A DNA stretch of 64,000 bases, from contig CAVWFS010000005.1 in assembly GCA_963754315.1 (NCBI GenBank), positions 1-64,000 on the forward strand, given 5' to 3'. Positions 53,210 to 64,000 of this stretch are shown here, piece by piece; the stretch's first letter is position 1, and every line of letters starts with the position of its first letter. The notes under the pieces are model-generated. The model saw only the letters and a program-made list of their open reading frames with translations, ran no database searches and was not told the DNA's origin. Origin of the DNA: an uncultured Candidatus Rokubacteria bacterium. Its GTDB lineage: Bacteria; Methylomirabilota; Methylomirabilia; Rokubacteriales; CSP1-6. The position numbers and the translations under genes are program-made.

Positions 53210-54622
53210 GTGTTCGTCACCCCGCGGGCGGTGGCCGCCCTCATCGTCCTCGTCCTCATCTATATCGTCGTGGTCCACGCCGTATCGCAGTCCCGGCAAA
53301 TCATTCCCATCGATTTCTACCAGTACTGGGGCGCCGCCGCCGCACGCCGCCTGAGCACCGAGGCGTTAGGAAGTCCCTACCGGGAGGCGCACCGTTATGG
53401 CGCAGTCCTGCTCCAGGCGGCCGAGGCGTCGGGGCAACCCATGTTTCAGCGGGTCAGCCGACATGCCACCCCGCCGAATTTCACGGCGACCCCCTTCGCG
53501 TACACCCTCTTCGCTCTTCTTCCCGCGAACTACACGCAGGCGAGCCTCCTGTACCTTTCGCTCCAGATCGTCTTGTTCATCGCCGCCGTCATTATCGTCG
53601 GGGTGGTCTATGGCTATCCCGCGTTCCCTCTGGTCTGCCTCTCGCTCCTCCTCATGCTGAGCTCCGGTCCCCTCAACTCTGACCTCAGGCTGGGGAATCT
53701 CGGTTGCGTGCAATTCATCATCCTCGCCATCGTGCTGGCCCTGGCCGATCGCCTTCGGGACGCTCGGCCCTCAGGAATCCTGGGTGGCATCGTGCTCAGT
53801 GGCGTGACCCTGCTCGTGCTGACCAAGCCCAATGTGGCATTCGTGCTCGTCTTCATGGTTCTTCACCTCTGGGTCGCTCGGGGGACCCGCTTCCTGGTCA
53901 TGGCTGCGTGGCCGGCCGCGCTCTGTGGCGGCGCGGCGGTGATCCTCTCGTCTCTCTACTTCGGCTCGTGGACGGTGTGGCAGGAATGGTACGACGCCGT
54001 CCTCGGCCTCACGAGGGTGGGTCACCGCCCTGGTACGGGGGGACACCTCACGAGAGGCAACTACTCCACGTCGGTTCTCCTGGGCTCCTGGCTCAACCTC
54101 AGCGCGTGGATGGCCGCCAGCCTCATCGCCGCCGTGCTCGCCATGTCCACGCTGGCGGTGGTCGGCCGTTCCGTCCTGGCCGATGCCAGCACCCGCGCGG
54201 CCGCTGTCCGCCGGGTTCTCGCGCGCGTGCTTGGCGACCCGCGCCTCGCGATGGCGATCGGGGTTACCCTGACCATCGCCCTCCCTCAGCTCGTCTGGTT
54301 CCACTACTACGTCATCGCCCTGATCCCCAGTCTGTGGCTCCTGAACGTGCAGTCCACGAGGCCCTCGCTGAGATGGTGGGGGCTGGCGGCCCTCGTCCTC
54401 AGCGCGGGGCTGCCCACCGGTCTGTTCTTGCTCGTGGGCTGGAACACTCTCGCGCACGTGTGCGCCGCGCTGAGCTGGCTGGCCGTCTGGTCTGGAATTC
54501 TCGTTCGACTCTCGGAGAGCGACGTGACACCGGCGCCCTCCGAGGGCAAGCATCGTCCCGAGCGCCGACCCTCGGCAGGTGACGCTGCGCATCGACAACG
54601 ATCTCGGGCCACACGCCGCTAG
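53210..54622 (+). CDS. GT87/DUF2029 (GT-C) membrane glycosyltransferase
   Basis: IDFYQYWGAA early motif, DLRLGNL, LTKPN, GNYS, PQLVWFHYYV; many TM helices. Confidence 0.75.
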   Translation: MFVTPRAVAALIVLVLIYIVVVHAVSQSRQIIPIDFYQYWGAAAARRLSTEALGSPYREAHRYGAVLLQAAEASGQPMFQRVSRHATPPNFTATPFAYTLFALLPANYTQASLLYLSLQIVLFIAAVIIVGVVYGYPAFPLVCLSLLLMLSSGPLNSDLRLGNLGCVQFIILAIVLALADRLRDARPSGILGGIVLSGVTLLVLTKPNVAFVLVFMVLHLWVARGTRFLVMAAWPAALCGGAAVILSSLYFGSWTVWQEWYDAVLGLTRVGHRPGTGGHLTRGNYSTSVLLGSWLNLSAWMAASLIAAVLAMSTLAVVGRSVLADASTRAAAVRRVLARVLGDPRLAMAIGVTLTIALPQLVWFHYYVIALIPSLWLLNVQSTRPSLRWWGLAALVLSAGLPTGLFLLVGWNTLAHVCAALSWLAVWSGILVRLSESDVTPAPSEGKHRPERRPSAGDAAHRQRSRATRR

Positions 54623-54691
54623 CCCGCTTCCCTTCCCCGGGTTCTGATTCGCGCGTCGGCGGTGGGGTCGCCCCGTGTTACCGTGCTGGCG

Positions 54692-55986
54692 ATGAACCTT
54701 CTCGTGACGAACTCTCAGTCGGCGCAGGCGTACTCCATCATTCGCGCCCTTCGCCCCTACGCCACCAAGATCGTCGCCACCATGGAGGGCAAGCACCGGT
54801 GGGCCGCCCGGACGGCCCATGCGGCCAACTCTCGCTTGGTGGACCGGCGGTACTACGTGCCGCGAGCCGATCTCGATTGGAAGGCTGGCATCATCCAGAA
54901 GGAGAACACGGCGCGGGAGGAAGCGTACGTCCAGCGGATTCTCGAGGTCTGCCGGCTCGAGCAGATCGATACCATTTTCCCCTCCTACGATCCGCTCGTC
55001 TATGTCTTCGCCAAGAACCAGGATCAGTTCAAGGACGTTCTGATTCCCGTTCCCTCCTTCGAGACGCTGCTCACGCCGCTGGACAAGTTCCGGACGATCG
55101 AGGCCGCGCAGCGAGTCGGATTTCCGTGCCCCAGAACTTACGTGCCCGAGAGCGCGGCGGATGTCGATGCCATCACTCGAGAGCTCGCCCCTCCCTGGGT
55201 GCTCAAACGCCGGTTCACCGCCGGCGGGGAGGGCATGGCGTTCTTCACCGACGTGGCCCAGCTGCGCGAGGCGATCGGCACCGTCCGCGACCCCCACGCC
55301 ATGCCGATGATCCAGGAATACATTCCGGGTCGGGAGCGGCAACACTTCTACCTCGTCGCCGACCGGCCGGTGAAATCAGGTCGCTCTTGTGTCCTCGCAT
55401 TCTCCGCTCTGGCAACCGGCTCTACAACGACACGTCCGGAGCGGTCGAATCGGCTGTCGTCCATCCCTTGGTGCCAGTGGTCAAGAACCTCGTACGCGAC
55501 ATGGGGTGGTGGGGCGGGCTCACCATCGCGACCAAGGTCGACATTCGGGACGGTCTGCCCAAGCTCCTCGAGATCAATCCCCGTCTTGGGCTGCATCTCT
55601 GGTTTCGGACCGAGCTGGGCGCCAATGTGCCGCTCATGTGCCTGCGCATCGCCAGGGGAGAGGAGGTGCCGGAACACCACTACCCGGTGGGAACACTCCT
55701 GCTGGCTCCTTTCGAAGACACCCTCCGCCTCGGGCTCGACATCCTTGACTCGCTGATCTACCGCGCCCGGACCAAGGTTTTCGGGAAGCGGCCCATCGAC
55801 CCGCACAATCCGCCGCGGTCCCTGAAAGATCTCGCCCGCACCTACACGCGCGACTACTTCGGGAACCAGCCCAAGGTCTTCAGCCCGTACTCGAAGTATC
55901 TTCTCGATGATCCGCTGCCGTGCCTCCTCTGGTGGTACGCCTTTGCGGGCTTCAGTCTGCGGAGCCTCAGGACTCTCGGGCAATAG
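54692..55986 (+). CDS. ATP-grasp ligase (frameshift near 55365)
   Basis: DKFRTIEAAQRVGFPCPRT, PWVLKRR, MIQEYIPG, then KLLEINPRLG. Confidence 0.82.
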
Positions 55987-57429
55987 ACCTTCGGAGATCG
56001 AGGATCCGCCATACCGCCCTGATCTCGGCGGGCGTCACGATTCTGAAGCCCAGCAGGAGGGCGGCATACGCCGTGAGCGCGAGTCCACAGAGCCCGACAT
56101 TGAGGGGCCCTGAGGCTCGAAACCACAGGAGCGGCACGAGCAATGCGCCCAGGCCTGTCACCCAGACCCAGGACCGCACGGCCGGGCCCATGACGTCGCG
56201 CAGACCCCAGACCAGGCACGCAGCGGACAGGATTGACGCGGCCAGCACGGCCACGCATGCGCCGAAGCTCCCGTGCCACGCGACGAGGGGTACTCCCACG
56301 GCCCAGAAGGCTCCCAGGCGGACCGCAGCCGCGAGCACGGGGGGCCGTTTCCGGGCGAGACTTACCGCGAGGGTTTCCCCCACGACGCTGAGGGCCAAGG
56401 TGCACAGGCTGAGCATGAGCGGCCAAAGATTGGCCGCGACCGGCCTGTAAACATGGCCGAGCACGAGGGGCACGAGATCGTCGGCGAGCCAGACCGTACC
56501 GAGCACGGCGACCACGCCTGTGACCGAGAGCCACCGCACCAGATGGGCAACCGGGCCCCGAAGCTCCTGTCCCGACCTGCGGGCCCCCCGCACAGTGAGA
56601 AGCGGCGTGAACGCGGTGGTGAACTGTCGGATCGCTGACACCGCAACGAGGTAGACGCTGTTGGCGAGCGTAAAATAGCTGACCACCGCGTAATTCCCGG
56701 TGACGGCGCGGATAGCGGCTCGCCGCTGGCCTGGGCGGCGACGATCAGAAGCCGGCTCGCGAAGAAGGCCGCCCCGAAGCGCAGGTACGGCCCGATGTAC
56801 GACGCGTCCGGTCGAAGGACGTCGTGGCTGACATACGGCCAAGCCCACGCGATTCCGAGTGCTAGCACGAGGAGGTCAGCGAGAAGCCACCCGACGCACG
56901 CGCCGTCGAGGCCACCCGCTAGAAACCCCAGCGGCACCGCGGCCAAGATCAACCACCGTCGCGTGAGTCCGCCCAATCCCCAGCGCGCAGCACGATTCAG
57001 CCCCAGGAAGATTGCGAACAGGACGCTCGCGACCGCCCCCACGGGTACGGTCAGGGTACTGGCCAGGATCACGAGCCCGTCGAACTCGCGGAGCCAAAAC
57101 AGCCCGAGCGCGAGGTACACGACGGCGGCTGCCGCTCCGCTCATGGCCCGGACCGCTACCAGGTGGCCGCACAGCCGCCGGAGACCACGCCAGTCTCCGG
57201 CCGCGACCAGGAGCGGCGCGTACCGCCCGATGACGTCGCGCAACCCTAGCCCGCCCATCAGGATGAGCCCACCGGCGAGCGAACCCAGGAGGGCATAGCG
57301 GCCGTAGATGTCCGGCCCCATGAGTCGCGGCACCAGCACCGCGAAGAGCAGAGCCGCGAGGACGTGGCCCACCCGCTGGAGCACGAGAAGACCCGCGCCT
57401 TGAAGGGTCTGCCGCGTGTCGAAAGTCAT
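55967..57429 (-). CDS. Wzx/MATE-like oligosaccharide flippase (frameshift near 56720)
   Basis: VPRLMGPDIYGRYA; LVLGHVYRPVAANL; many TM segments. Confidence 0.75.
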
Positions 57430-57485
57430 GCCGCGGCAGTCTACCTTGGACGGGAGAATCAAACATCAACCGACGGACCAGCTGG

Positions 57486-58184
57486 TCACGGTCGGCACGG
57501 CTTGATCGCCTCCACGGGCGGCAGCCTCTCGGGGGGAACAAAGACGGCGAGGTAGCCTTCGCCCGGCGCTAGCGACAGGAAGTCCACCTGCCGGTACCCG
57601 ACGGCCGCGAGTTCGCAACGCAGGAGCGTGGGGGGCGTCCCGTGCTCTTCCGTACGCCGCTCCGCATCGACGACTCCCACCCGCGCCCCGGGGGCGAGGG
57701 TCGGCTTCAGGTGGTAGAGGAACTCGAAGGGGTTCTCGATCTCGTGATACATGTGCGCCAGGATCGCGACGTCGACCGCGTTGGGTGGCAACCGCGGGTG
57801 ATTCGGGTCTCCGAGTACGATGGTCACCCCTTCGATGCCGTCCCGCCTCAACCGCGCCTCGAGCTGCTTCAGGTAGTCGGCCTTGATGTCCTCGGCGTAA
57901 ATCGTCGCGCCGGGGCCGAGCCGGCGGGCCAATCTGACCGTGTAGTAGCCGCTCCCCGCCCCGATGTCGGCCACCCGGACCCCAGGTCTGATGCCGAGTC
58001 GATCCATGACGCGCTCGGCTTCTCGGTGGCGGTCGCGTGAGGGCTCGTCCGCTCGAATAGGCGAGATGATCGGCGCCACGGGACGATCGGGGACGGGAAA
58101 ATGTGGGGCCGGCGCTGTTGCGGCGACCGCCGCCGCCATCAACGCGATCACGATGTGAAGGGCGCTGACGATGACCCCAACCAT
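57486..58184 (-). CDS. Exported class I SAM-dependent methyltransferase
   Basis: GVRVADIGAGSGYYT, YAEDI, HMYHEI; hydrophobic leader. Confidence 0.85.
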   Translation of the reverse strand: MVGVIVSALHIVIALMAAAVAATAPAPHFPVPDRPVAPIISPIRADEPSRDRHREAERVMDRLGIRPGVRVADIGAGSGYYTVRLARRLGPGATIYAEDIKADYLKQLEARLRRDGIEGVTIVLGDPNHPRLPPNAVDVAILAHMYHEIENPFEFLYHLKPTLAPGARVGVVDAERRTEEHGTPPTLLRCELAAVGYRQVDFLSLAPGEGYLAVFVPPERLPPVEAIKPCRP

Positions 58185-58433
58185 GGCAAGACAGGGAAGT
58201 CGCCGGAAAAAGCCTTGCCAATTGGCCTGTTTTCACGGGTTCCGCGTACCTTGTGTCGAGCCACTATCTCCCAGTACGACGGGATAGTACGCTGCCGGTG
58301 ACACTGGTAGTGACACTCCCGATCCCATCTCGCGGGCACAGTTGGGTAGCTCCAGACGCTGAGGGCCCGGCCCTCGACGGGCCGCCCACGAGAGTCCTTC
58401 TTCTCGTCGAGGTGAACTCGCGGGGGCGAGTCC

Positions 58434-58966
58434 ATGGCGAACCGACGTGCCCGTAGACGACGTCGACGAAGCGCGGGGATGGTCGAAGAGGTTCTCGGTG
58501 CGCTCATTCGTGCCATCGAGGAGCTCAAACGTCGGCTTCCTCCGGAAGCGCTGACCACCAAGCTTCACGAACTTCAGGCATTGGTTCCCCTCGATCCTGC
58601 CCGGGTGCGCGCGATCCTATTCCCCAATGACCGCGACCCATGGGATGAACTCGTGGATTATTTCGAGCTCCTGCTTGTCACGCGACGGCTCGCCAGCTAC
58701 CGCCAAGCAGCCCTGAACATGTGCGGCGTGCTGACCTGGAGGAGGACGCGCTCGAGGCGCTCATTGCCATGGCCGAACGTGAACAGGCGCGCTTGTCGGC
58801 GCTTGTCGACGCCGCTCATCTCGTCAAGGGCAAGCCCTGGGGACACCCGCCAGAAAAATACTTCTCGATGACTCCGGCCAAGATTACGGCCCGAGACTGG
58901 CCCTGGAATGATCCGAGCAAGTGGGGATGGTTCGGGGATCGCGCCATTGCGCTCGTCGACTCCTGA
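58434..58966 (+). CDS. Hypothetical helical protein (frameshift near 58720)
   Basis: MVEEVLGALIRAIEELKRRL.. joined to LEEDALEALIAMAEREQARL..WPWNDPSKWGW. Confidence 0.4.
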
Positions 58967-59676
58967 CGCCGTTGATTTCCGATCTCGTGGGCACGGCCCG
59001 AGTTACAGCGAACGGTCATGTCTCGGGCTCTCGCTCGTCCTCCGTACAACGCGCAAGCCCTCACGATTGCCGCCGAGCTGATGACCGCTGCCGTACCGGC
59101 GATCCGCACTACCCGTTCTTCCCAGGCTGGACCTTCACTGCGCGTGATGTGAAAGCCCGGGTCCAGGTTCGGCACTGAGCTCGCTCCTCCTTGAGTCGGT
59201 AGCTTCACCCCTCCCCGAAGAGACACGAGAATACGCATCGACGCCCCTGGGATGACCGTGGTTTCGTGATCGCGTGCCGTTGCGAATCCGACCCCAAGCC
59301 GTTTGACGAGTCCCGCGAGGCGTTGCGTTCTGACGACCCCCTTGGTGTCCGTCGTCTAGCTCGCATCACGAACAAGGCGCCAAGCACTGCGCGTCGAGGT
59401 GGCTCCGAGGCATTCACCGACCGAATCGTCGATCGCGTCAAGATCTTGCACCAAGCCCGGAGTTTTGCTGCTCCTCCCGCCCACCCTCCTTCACCGGACA
59501 CAGGAGACCGAAATGGACAACAGCGAACATCCCCAGCCCGACCCCGTCGAGCCTCAGCCGGCACCAGCTCCAGAGTCCCCGCCGGCACCGCTGCCGAGCC
59601 TGACCGTCGGAGACCTCCCAGGTGGCGTGAGGCTCCGACATCTCGACGACGGAAGTGGCGGAGTGTGTCCACCTCC

Positions 59677-60011
59677 GTGAACCTCATCACCGCGAAGGAC
59701 CTCGAGCCGGGTGCTCGCTACGAAGGGAGCTGGGCCGGCGCCGGCATGTATGCGTGGCCGAATGGTGAGACGAACGGAGTTCCTCACCCTGGAGACGAGC
59801 GATGGTCCCAAGTCGATCGCCATCACGGCCGCCCACAAGGAGCTGGTCGCGCAGGCGCATCTCGGCGACTGGGTGCGCGTAGCTTTCGCGGCAAGGAGGC
59901 CATGAGGGTGAACGGCCGCACCTTCAACGCGTGGGACTGTGAGATTGCCGACGAGGGCGATCCGGACCCGGACCACGCCAACCAGGATGACGACGACGAG
60001 GCGCCGTTTGA
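59677..60011 (+). CDS. Putative phage-type single-stranded DNA-binding protein (frameshifted)
   Basis: Reconstructed beta-rich body (LGDWVRVAFRGKE..RTFNAWDCEI) ending in an acidic tail DDDDEAPF. Confidence 0.5.
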
Positions 60012-60019
60012 GACCCGTA

Positions 60020-62584
60020 GGCGCTGGCTGACCGTTCAGCCTGAAGGCATCCCCGACTACCTTCCGGCGCATCCCGCAGTGGGTGCTCTGGAAGGCGGCC
60101 GAGCGTGAGGGCAAGCCGACGAAGAAGTGCGCCCACCAGATCGGCGACCAGCGGCGGAAGGCCGCCGTCGACGATCCGACCACATGGGGGACGTTCCAGG
60201 ACGCCGGTCGAGGTCTACTCGCTCGGCGACGTCGATGGGATCGGCTTCGTGCTCACCGATGAGACGCCGCTCGTGGCCATCGACCTCGATCACTGCATTG
60301 ACGAACGCGGGCAGGTCGCCCCGTGGGCCGAGGCCATCCTCGCAACAAGTTGTGAGGTTATGCGGAGCTCAGTCCGTCCGCAAACGGGTGCGGCGGTATT
60401 TGATTACGCGCCTTCTTGCCCCCACCGGCCGCAAGAAGGGCGACATCGAATGCTACGACACCCTTCGGTACGTCACCGTGACCGGACTCCGGCTCGGAGG
60501 CATGCCGGCGACCATCAACAGCCGTCTCGACGAGATGCTCACGTGGCATGCCGAGGTCTCGGCCGCCCCCCACGACGAACGGCATGTCACGCCGGTGCCG
60601 ACTGTTGGTGCCACGCACAGCAGGACTCTGGCGGTGCGCGTATCCCTCATCAAGGTCGCAAGCCGCCAGGAGTCACCCGGCCTCCGAACTGTCCGACGAC
60701 GATCAGACTCTTCTCGAGAAGATGTTCGCCGCCACCAACGGCGACCGCATTCGTGCGTTGTGGGATGGCCGCTGGGAGGGTTCCTTGCGCAAGCCAGAGC
60801 GAAGCCGATCTCGCCCTCTGCACGAGCCTGGCCTTCTGGTGTCAGAAGGACCCGGCATGGATCGATCACCTCTTCCGATTGAGCGGGCTCGCACGTCGGA
60901 AGTGGGATACGCGACGAGGGGCCACCACCTACGGCGGCCAGACGATCACCAAAGCCGTAACCTCGACGACCGAGGTTTACCAGGGACGACGCGCCACGAT
61001 GACGGCTGAGCCTGCTCCTCGTGTTCCCGGTGGACTGCTCTGGACGCCGCCCGAGCACCGCCCTCGCATCAACACCGGTCAGCTTCTCGACACCATGGCC
61101 AGTGAGGCCTGGCAGGCCATCGACCAGGCCAACGAGCCCCCGCGCATCTTCCGGTACGGAGACACGCTGGCCTGGCTGACCGACGGGGCCGACGATCAGC
61201 CCGCCGTCGACATGCTGAAGCTTGAGCGCGTGCGGCACCATCTCGCCGACGTCGCGAGCTTCTTCAGGTGGGTGACGACGGGCAAGGGCGCCTCGCCGCC
61301 GACGACGAAGGACGCCCTGCCGCCTGAGGCACTCGCCGCCGACCTTCTGTGCGTACCACGCACGACCCTACCCCGACTCACCCGTATGGTGCGTGTACCC
61401 GTCTTCGCCCTGGATGGTCGGCTCCTGACGGAGCCAGGCTACGATCCGGCCAGCGGCCTGTTCGTCGCCCTACCGGCCGACCTGCGGGTACCCCCCGTCC
61501 CCACGCGGCCGAGCGCATCGGAGCTTGACGAGGCCGTCGGCTGGGTGACCGACGAACTGCTGGAATTTCCCCTTCACCAGTGAGGCCGACCGCGCCCACG
61601 TGCTGGCCCTGCTCCTCACGTGGTGGCTTCCGCGAACTATCGACGCCCCCGTACCCCTGTTCGTGTTCTCGAAACCGCTCCCCGTACTCGGGGCGACCCT
61701 GCTCGTCCAGTGCCTCTCGCTTGCCCTCGGACGGGCGCCGGTCGCCGTCCGGACCCTGAGCCCCAATACCAATGAGATGCGCAAGCGCCTGACCTCTGCG
61801 CTCCTCCCAGGGCCGGCCATGGTGCTCTTCGACAATGTCCACGGCCGCCTCGATAGCGACAGCTTCTCGGCCATCCTGACCGGGACCACGTGGATGACGG
61901 CACCTCGGTCGCAACGACCGCGACGTCAGCATTCCCATCCGCGCCACCTTCGTGGTGACCGGCAATAACCTCGCCCTGAGCCACGAGATGGCAGGCCGTA
62001 GCGTGCTCGTGCGCCTCGACCCCCGTACCGACGACCCCGGCCAGCGGACGGGCTTCCGCGCCATCCTGACCTGCTCGCGTGGACCCAGGCACACCGCTCC
62101 CGGCTGATCTGGTGTGCCCTCGTGCTCGGGCAAGCCTGGCTCGCCGAGGGGCGCCCACCCGCCTTGGTGACCTTCGGCGGCTCGAGGACCTGGGCCCGGG
62201 TCATCGGAGGGGCGCTCGAGGTCGCCGCAGTGCCCTGGCTTCCTCGCTAACCGGGAGCAGGTGATGGAGCACGTGGATGACGGACCAGTCACGTCCGGGG
62301 CTTCTTGGCGTCTTGGTGGGAGCGACACCGCGACGGTCCGCCTGACCGCCAAGATCCTCCTCGAGGTGGCCAAGGATCACGTGCTGCCCATCGCGGCCAA
62401 GAGCGAGCAGGCCCAGCTTACACGGCTCGGTCGCTTCATTGCCTCGCTGCAAGATCGTCGGTTCGACCTGGGGAGTGGACTCGTCGTTGTCGTCCGCCGT
62501 GACGGTGAACTCAAACGCTCCGTGCTCTGGAAGCTTGGTGAGGTTGACGAGGTAGGTGAGGTGAATCCCATTCCCTTCCCGTAG
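60020..62584 (+). CDS. NrS-1-type primase-polymerase fused to helicase-like domain, multiple frameshifts
   Basis: PQWVLWK, DPTTWGTF, GIGFVL..AIDLDHC, IECYDTLRYVTVTG; helical bundle SQSEADLALC..LFRLSGL..KW; C-terminal VLFDNV, VVTGNN, GRSVLVRLDP. Confidence 0.8.
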
Positions 62585-62641
62585 GGGGGATTTCTAGGGT
62601 CTACAGGAATAGGACAACACTCCACCACACTCGTCAACCTC
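62540..62641. repeat. 12-bp inverted repeat with GAGGT iterations at the primase 3' end (putative origin)
   Basis: GAGGTTGACGAG (62540-62551) and CTCGTCAACCTC (62630-62641). Confidence 0.7.
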
Positions 62642-62699
62642 GTCATCGGCCTCCGTGATTGGCCAGGAAGGAGGCGCCGGGTGAGACGGGGAAAGCCGC

Positions 62700-63030
62700 A
62701 TGCCCAGGATAACCACCGAGGTTCTCGTCCGCGAGACCCTGGGACCCGCAGAAGCCGACCCCTGCCCTGGGTAGGCAGTGGCGTCTCGATTCCGTCAATG
62801 CCGGTGCGCCCTTCCACACCGAGTGTCACCACAGTGTCCCTACAACAACGGCTCCTGACCGTGCAGGCTGCGGCGACCTACCTGGGCATTTCGACCTGGC
62901 GAGTCCGAGGGCTGATCCATCGAGAGGTGCTCAAGCCCGTCCGCATTCCCCTTGGTGACGGGCGCGAGGAACGGAGTTCCTCCTCGACGTCGCCGACCTC
63001 GACAACCTGATCGAGAGGTGGAAGCAATGA
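62700..63030 (+). CDS. Excisionase/AlpA-like helix-turn-helix protein (frameshift near 62975)
   Basis: RLLTVQAAATYLGISTWRVRGLIHREVLKPVRI..LDVADLDNLIERWKQ*. Confidence 0.75.
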
Positions 63031-63151
63031 GCGATTCCGACCCCCGGCGGAACGAATCGACGCATCGCGTCAAAAAGTCTCGAGCCTAATTTCTGGGAAC
63101 GGAAAAGAGGCTGTCCCTCCACCCGCTCGGCGAAGTCGCGGCACGACTGGA

Positions 63152-63496
63152 ATGAAGTTAGCCAAGGGTTGGGCGGGAACCTGGGGTCCACCCACCGATC
63201 CGCGTAGCCGTCTCGGCCGCCTCATCACCCGGATCATCAAGGAGGAGCTCGAACCTCTCTACGGTCGCCCAGAGAAGCAAGCCCTCGTCTCCCTGATGAG
63301 AGAGACCGCGACATGGAAGGGTATCGCCAGGGCCACGCTCGCCTCACTGGGCATGACCAAGGACGCGACCACGCGGAAAGCGGCACGGCGCGCGCATGGG
63401 TGCGGCGAAGGAGCTGGAACTGTCCAGGATCGTAGGGTTTCACCGGCCCCGGCAGCCGCAGAGTGCCGCCGAGCTCATGGCGATCCACGACGCTGA
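63152..63496 (+). CDS. Hypothetical protein of the mobile element
   Basis: DPRSRLGRLITRIIKEELEPLYG..LMRETATWKGIARATL; ends uncertain. Confidence 0.35.
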   Translation: MKLAKGWAGTWGPPTDPRSRLGRLITRIIKEELEPLYGRPEKQALVSLMRETATWKGIARATLASLGMTKDATTRKAARRAHGCGEGAGTVQDRRVSPAPAAAECRRAHGDPRR

Positions 63497-64000
63497 GAAG
63501 GCCAAGAAGACAACCCCGCCACGGAGGACCCGCTAATGGAGGAGAAGAGGGCCACGACGTGGAGCGACGTCGTGGAGTGGATTCGAAACTACGAGGCGCG
63601 GCACCGCTCACGAGCCCGAGCCGGACGACGAGCCCACCGAGGGCGACCGTGCCTGGCGTGAGAGCCAACCCTCCGAGGAGGACTGACATGGACGCGGCAA
63701 TGCATGAGGCACGGGTGACGGAGGTGACGGGGGCGTTGTGCGACCGCTCGCCGAGTCGGAGATCAGGCTCGCGGCATGGCGCGAGTTGGAGGCGCGGATG
63801 CGCGGGGAGATCGCCGACGCGGATGAGGTGCTCGAGGCGATGGCGAGGAGGGGAGCATGACACCACCGAGTGGCAGCACGGCGACGGACCCCAACCGGGG
63901 GCGCGCCTATTTGTTTGCCGATTCACCGGCCGTGATTCACGACCCGATGGACAAGCTGACGGCGGGCCTCGATGGACTATCTCGGCGTGCCGGCGGGCGG

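Larger units (their letters stand above)
58240..64000 (+). mobile_element. Phage-satellite-like integrative element (partial, continues beyond the window)
   Basis: SSB-like, primase-polymerase/helicase, excisionase-like HTH and small orphan ORFs. Left boundary inferred from repeats; no integrase visible. Confidence 0.7.

Noticed and set aside
58190..58430. tRNA or tmRNA at the element boundary
   Set aside because: No cloverleaf, T-loop or CCA pattern recognisable; I saw no RNA genes anywhere in the window.
59240..59400. Structured ncRNA bounded by TTCGTGAT/ATCACGAA
   Set aside because: An 8-bp inverted repeat alone is too weak without comparative data.

Overview
A GC-rich bacterial window. 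The gene style (solo ABC_sub_bind proteins, Tat-exported binding proteins, DUF222 fragment) suggests a Rokubacteria/Methylomirabilota-like MAG, which is inference only. Many genes carry single-base frameshifts, worst at about 38.4-44.1 kb; these are probably long-read consensus errors, so several genes are reconstructed across frames. In order the window holds: a catalase-related peroxidase, a large beta-helix multidomain protein, a sensorless sigma-54 activator, a LytS/LytTR pair, catechol 2,3-dioxygenase plus ferredoxin, a truncated IS110, a VapBC-type TA pair, decayed genes, and an amidase/phosphotriesterase/LIV-type transporter block. Next is a compact integrase-less phage-like cassette at 22.9-27.3 kb (replication initiator with internal iterons, DnaC-like loader, holin-like peptide, clostripain-family protease, SNase nuclease, repeat cluster). 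It is followed by a sugar ABC system with a GH51 arabinofuranosidase, an orphan His/Cys protease-like protein, a peptide ABC operon, a duplicated hmgA-like 3' segment and a surface-glycosylation cluster. From about 58.2 kb to the window end lies a satellite-like element (SSB-like protein, NrS-1-type primase-helicase, excisionase-like HTH). The best candidate for an undescribed system is the 22.9-27.3 kb cassette. All family assignments come from motif recognition by eye; no searches were run.
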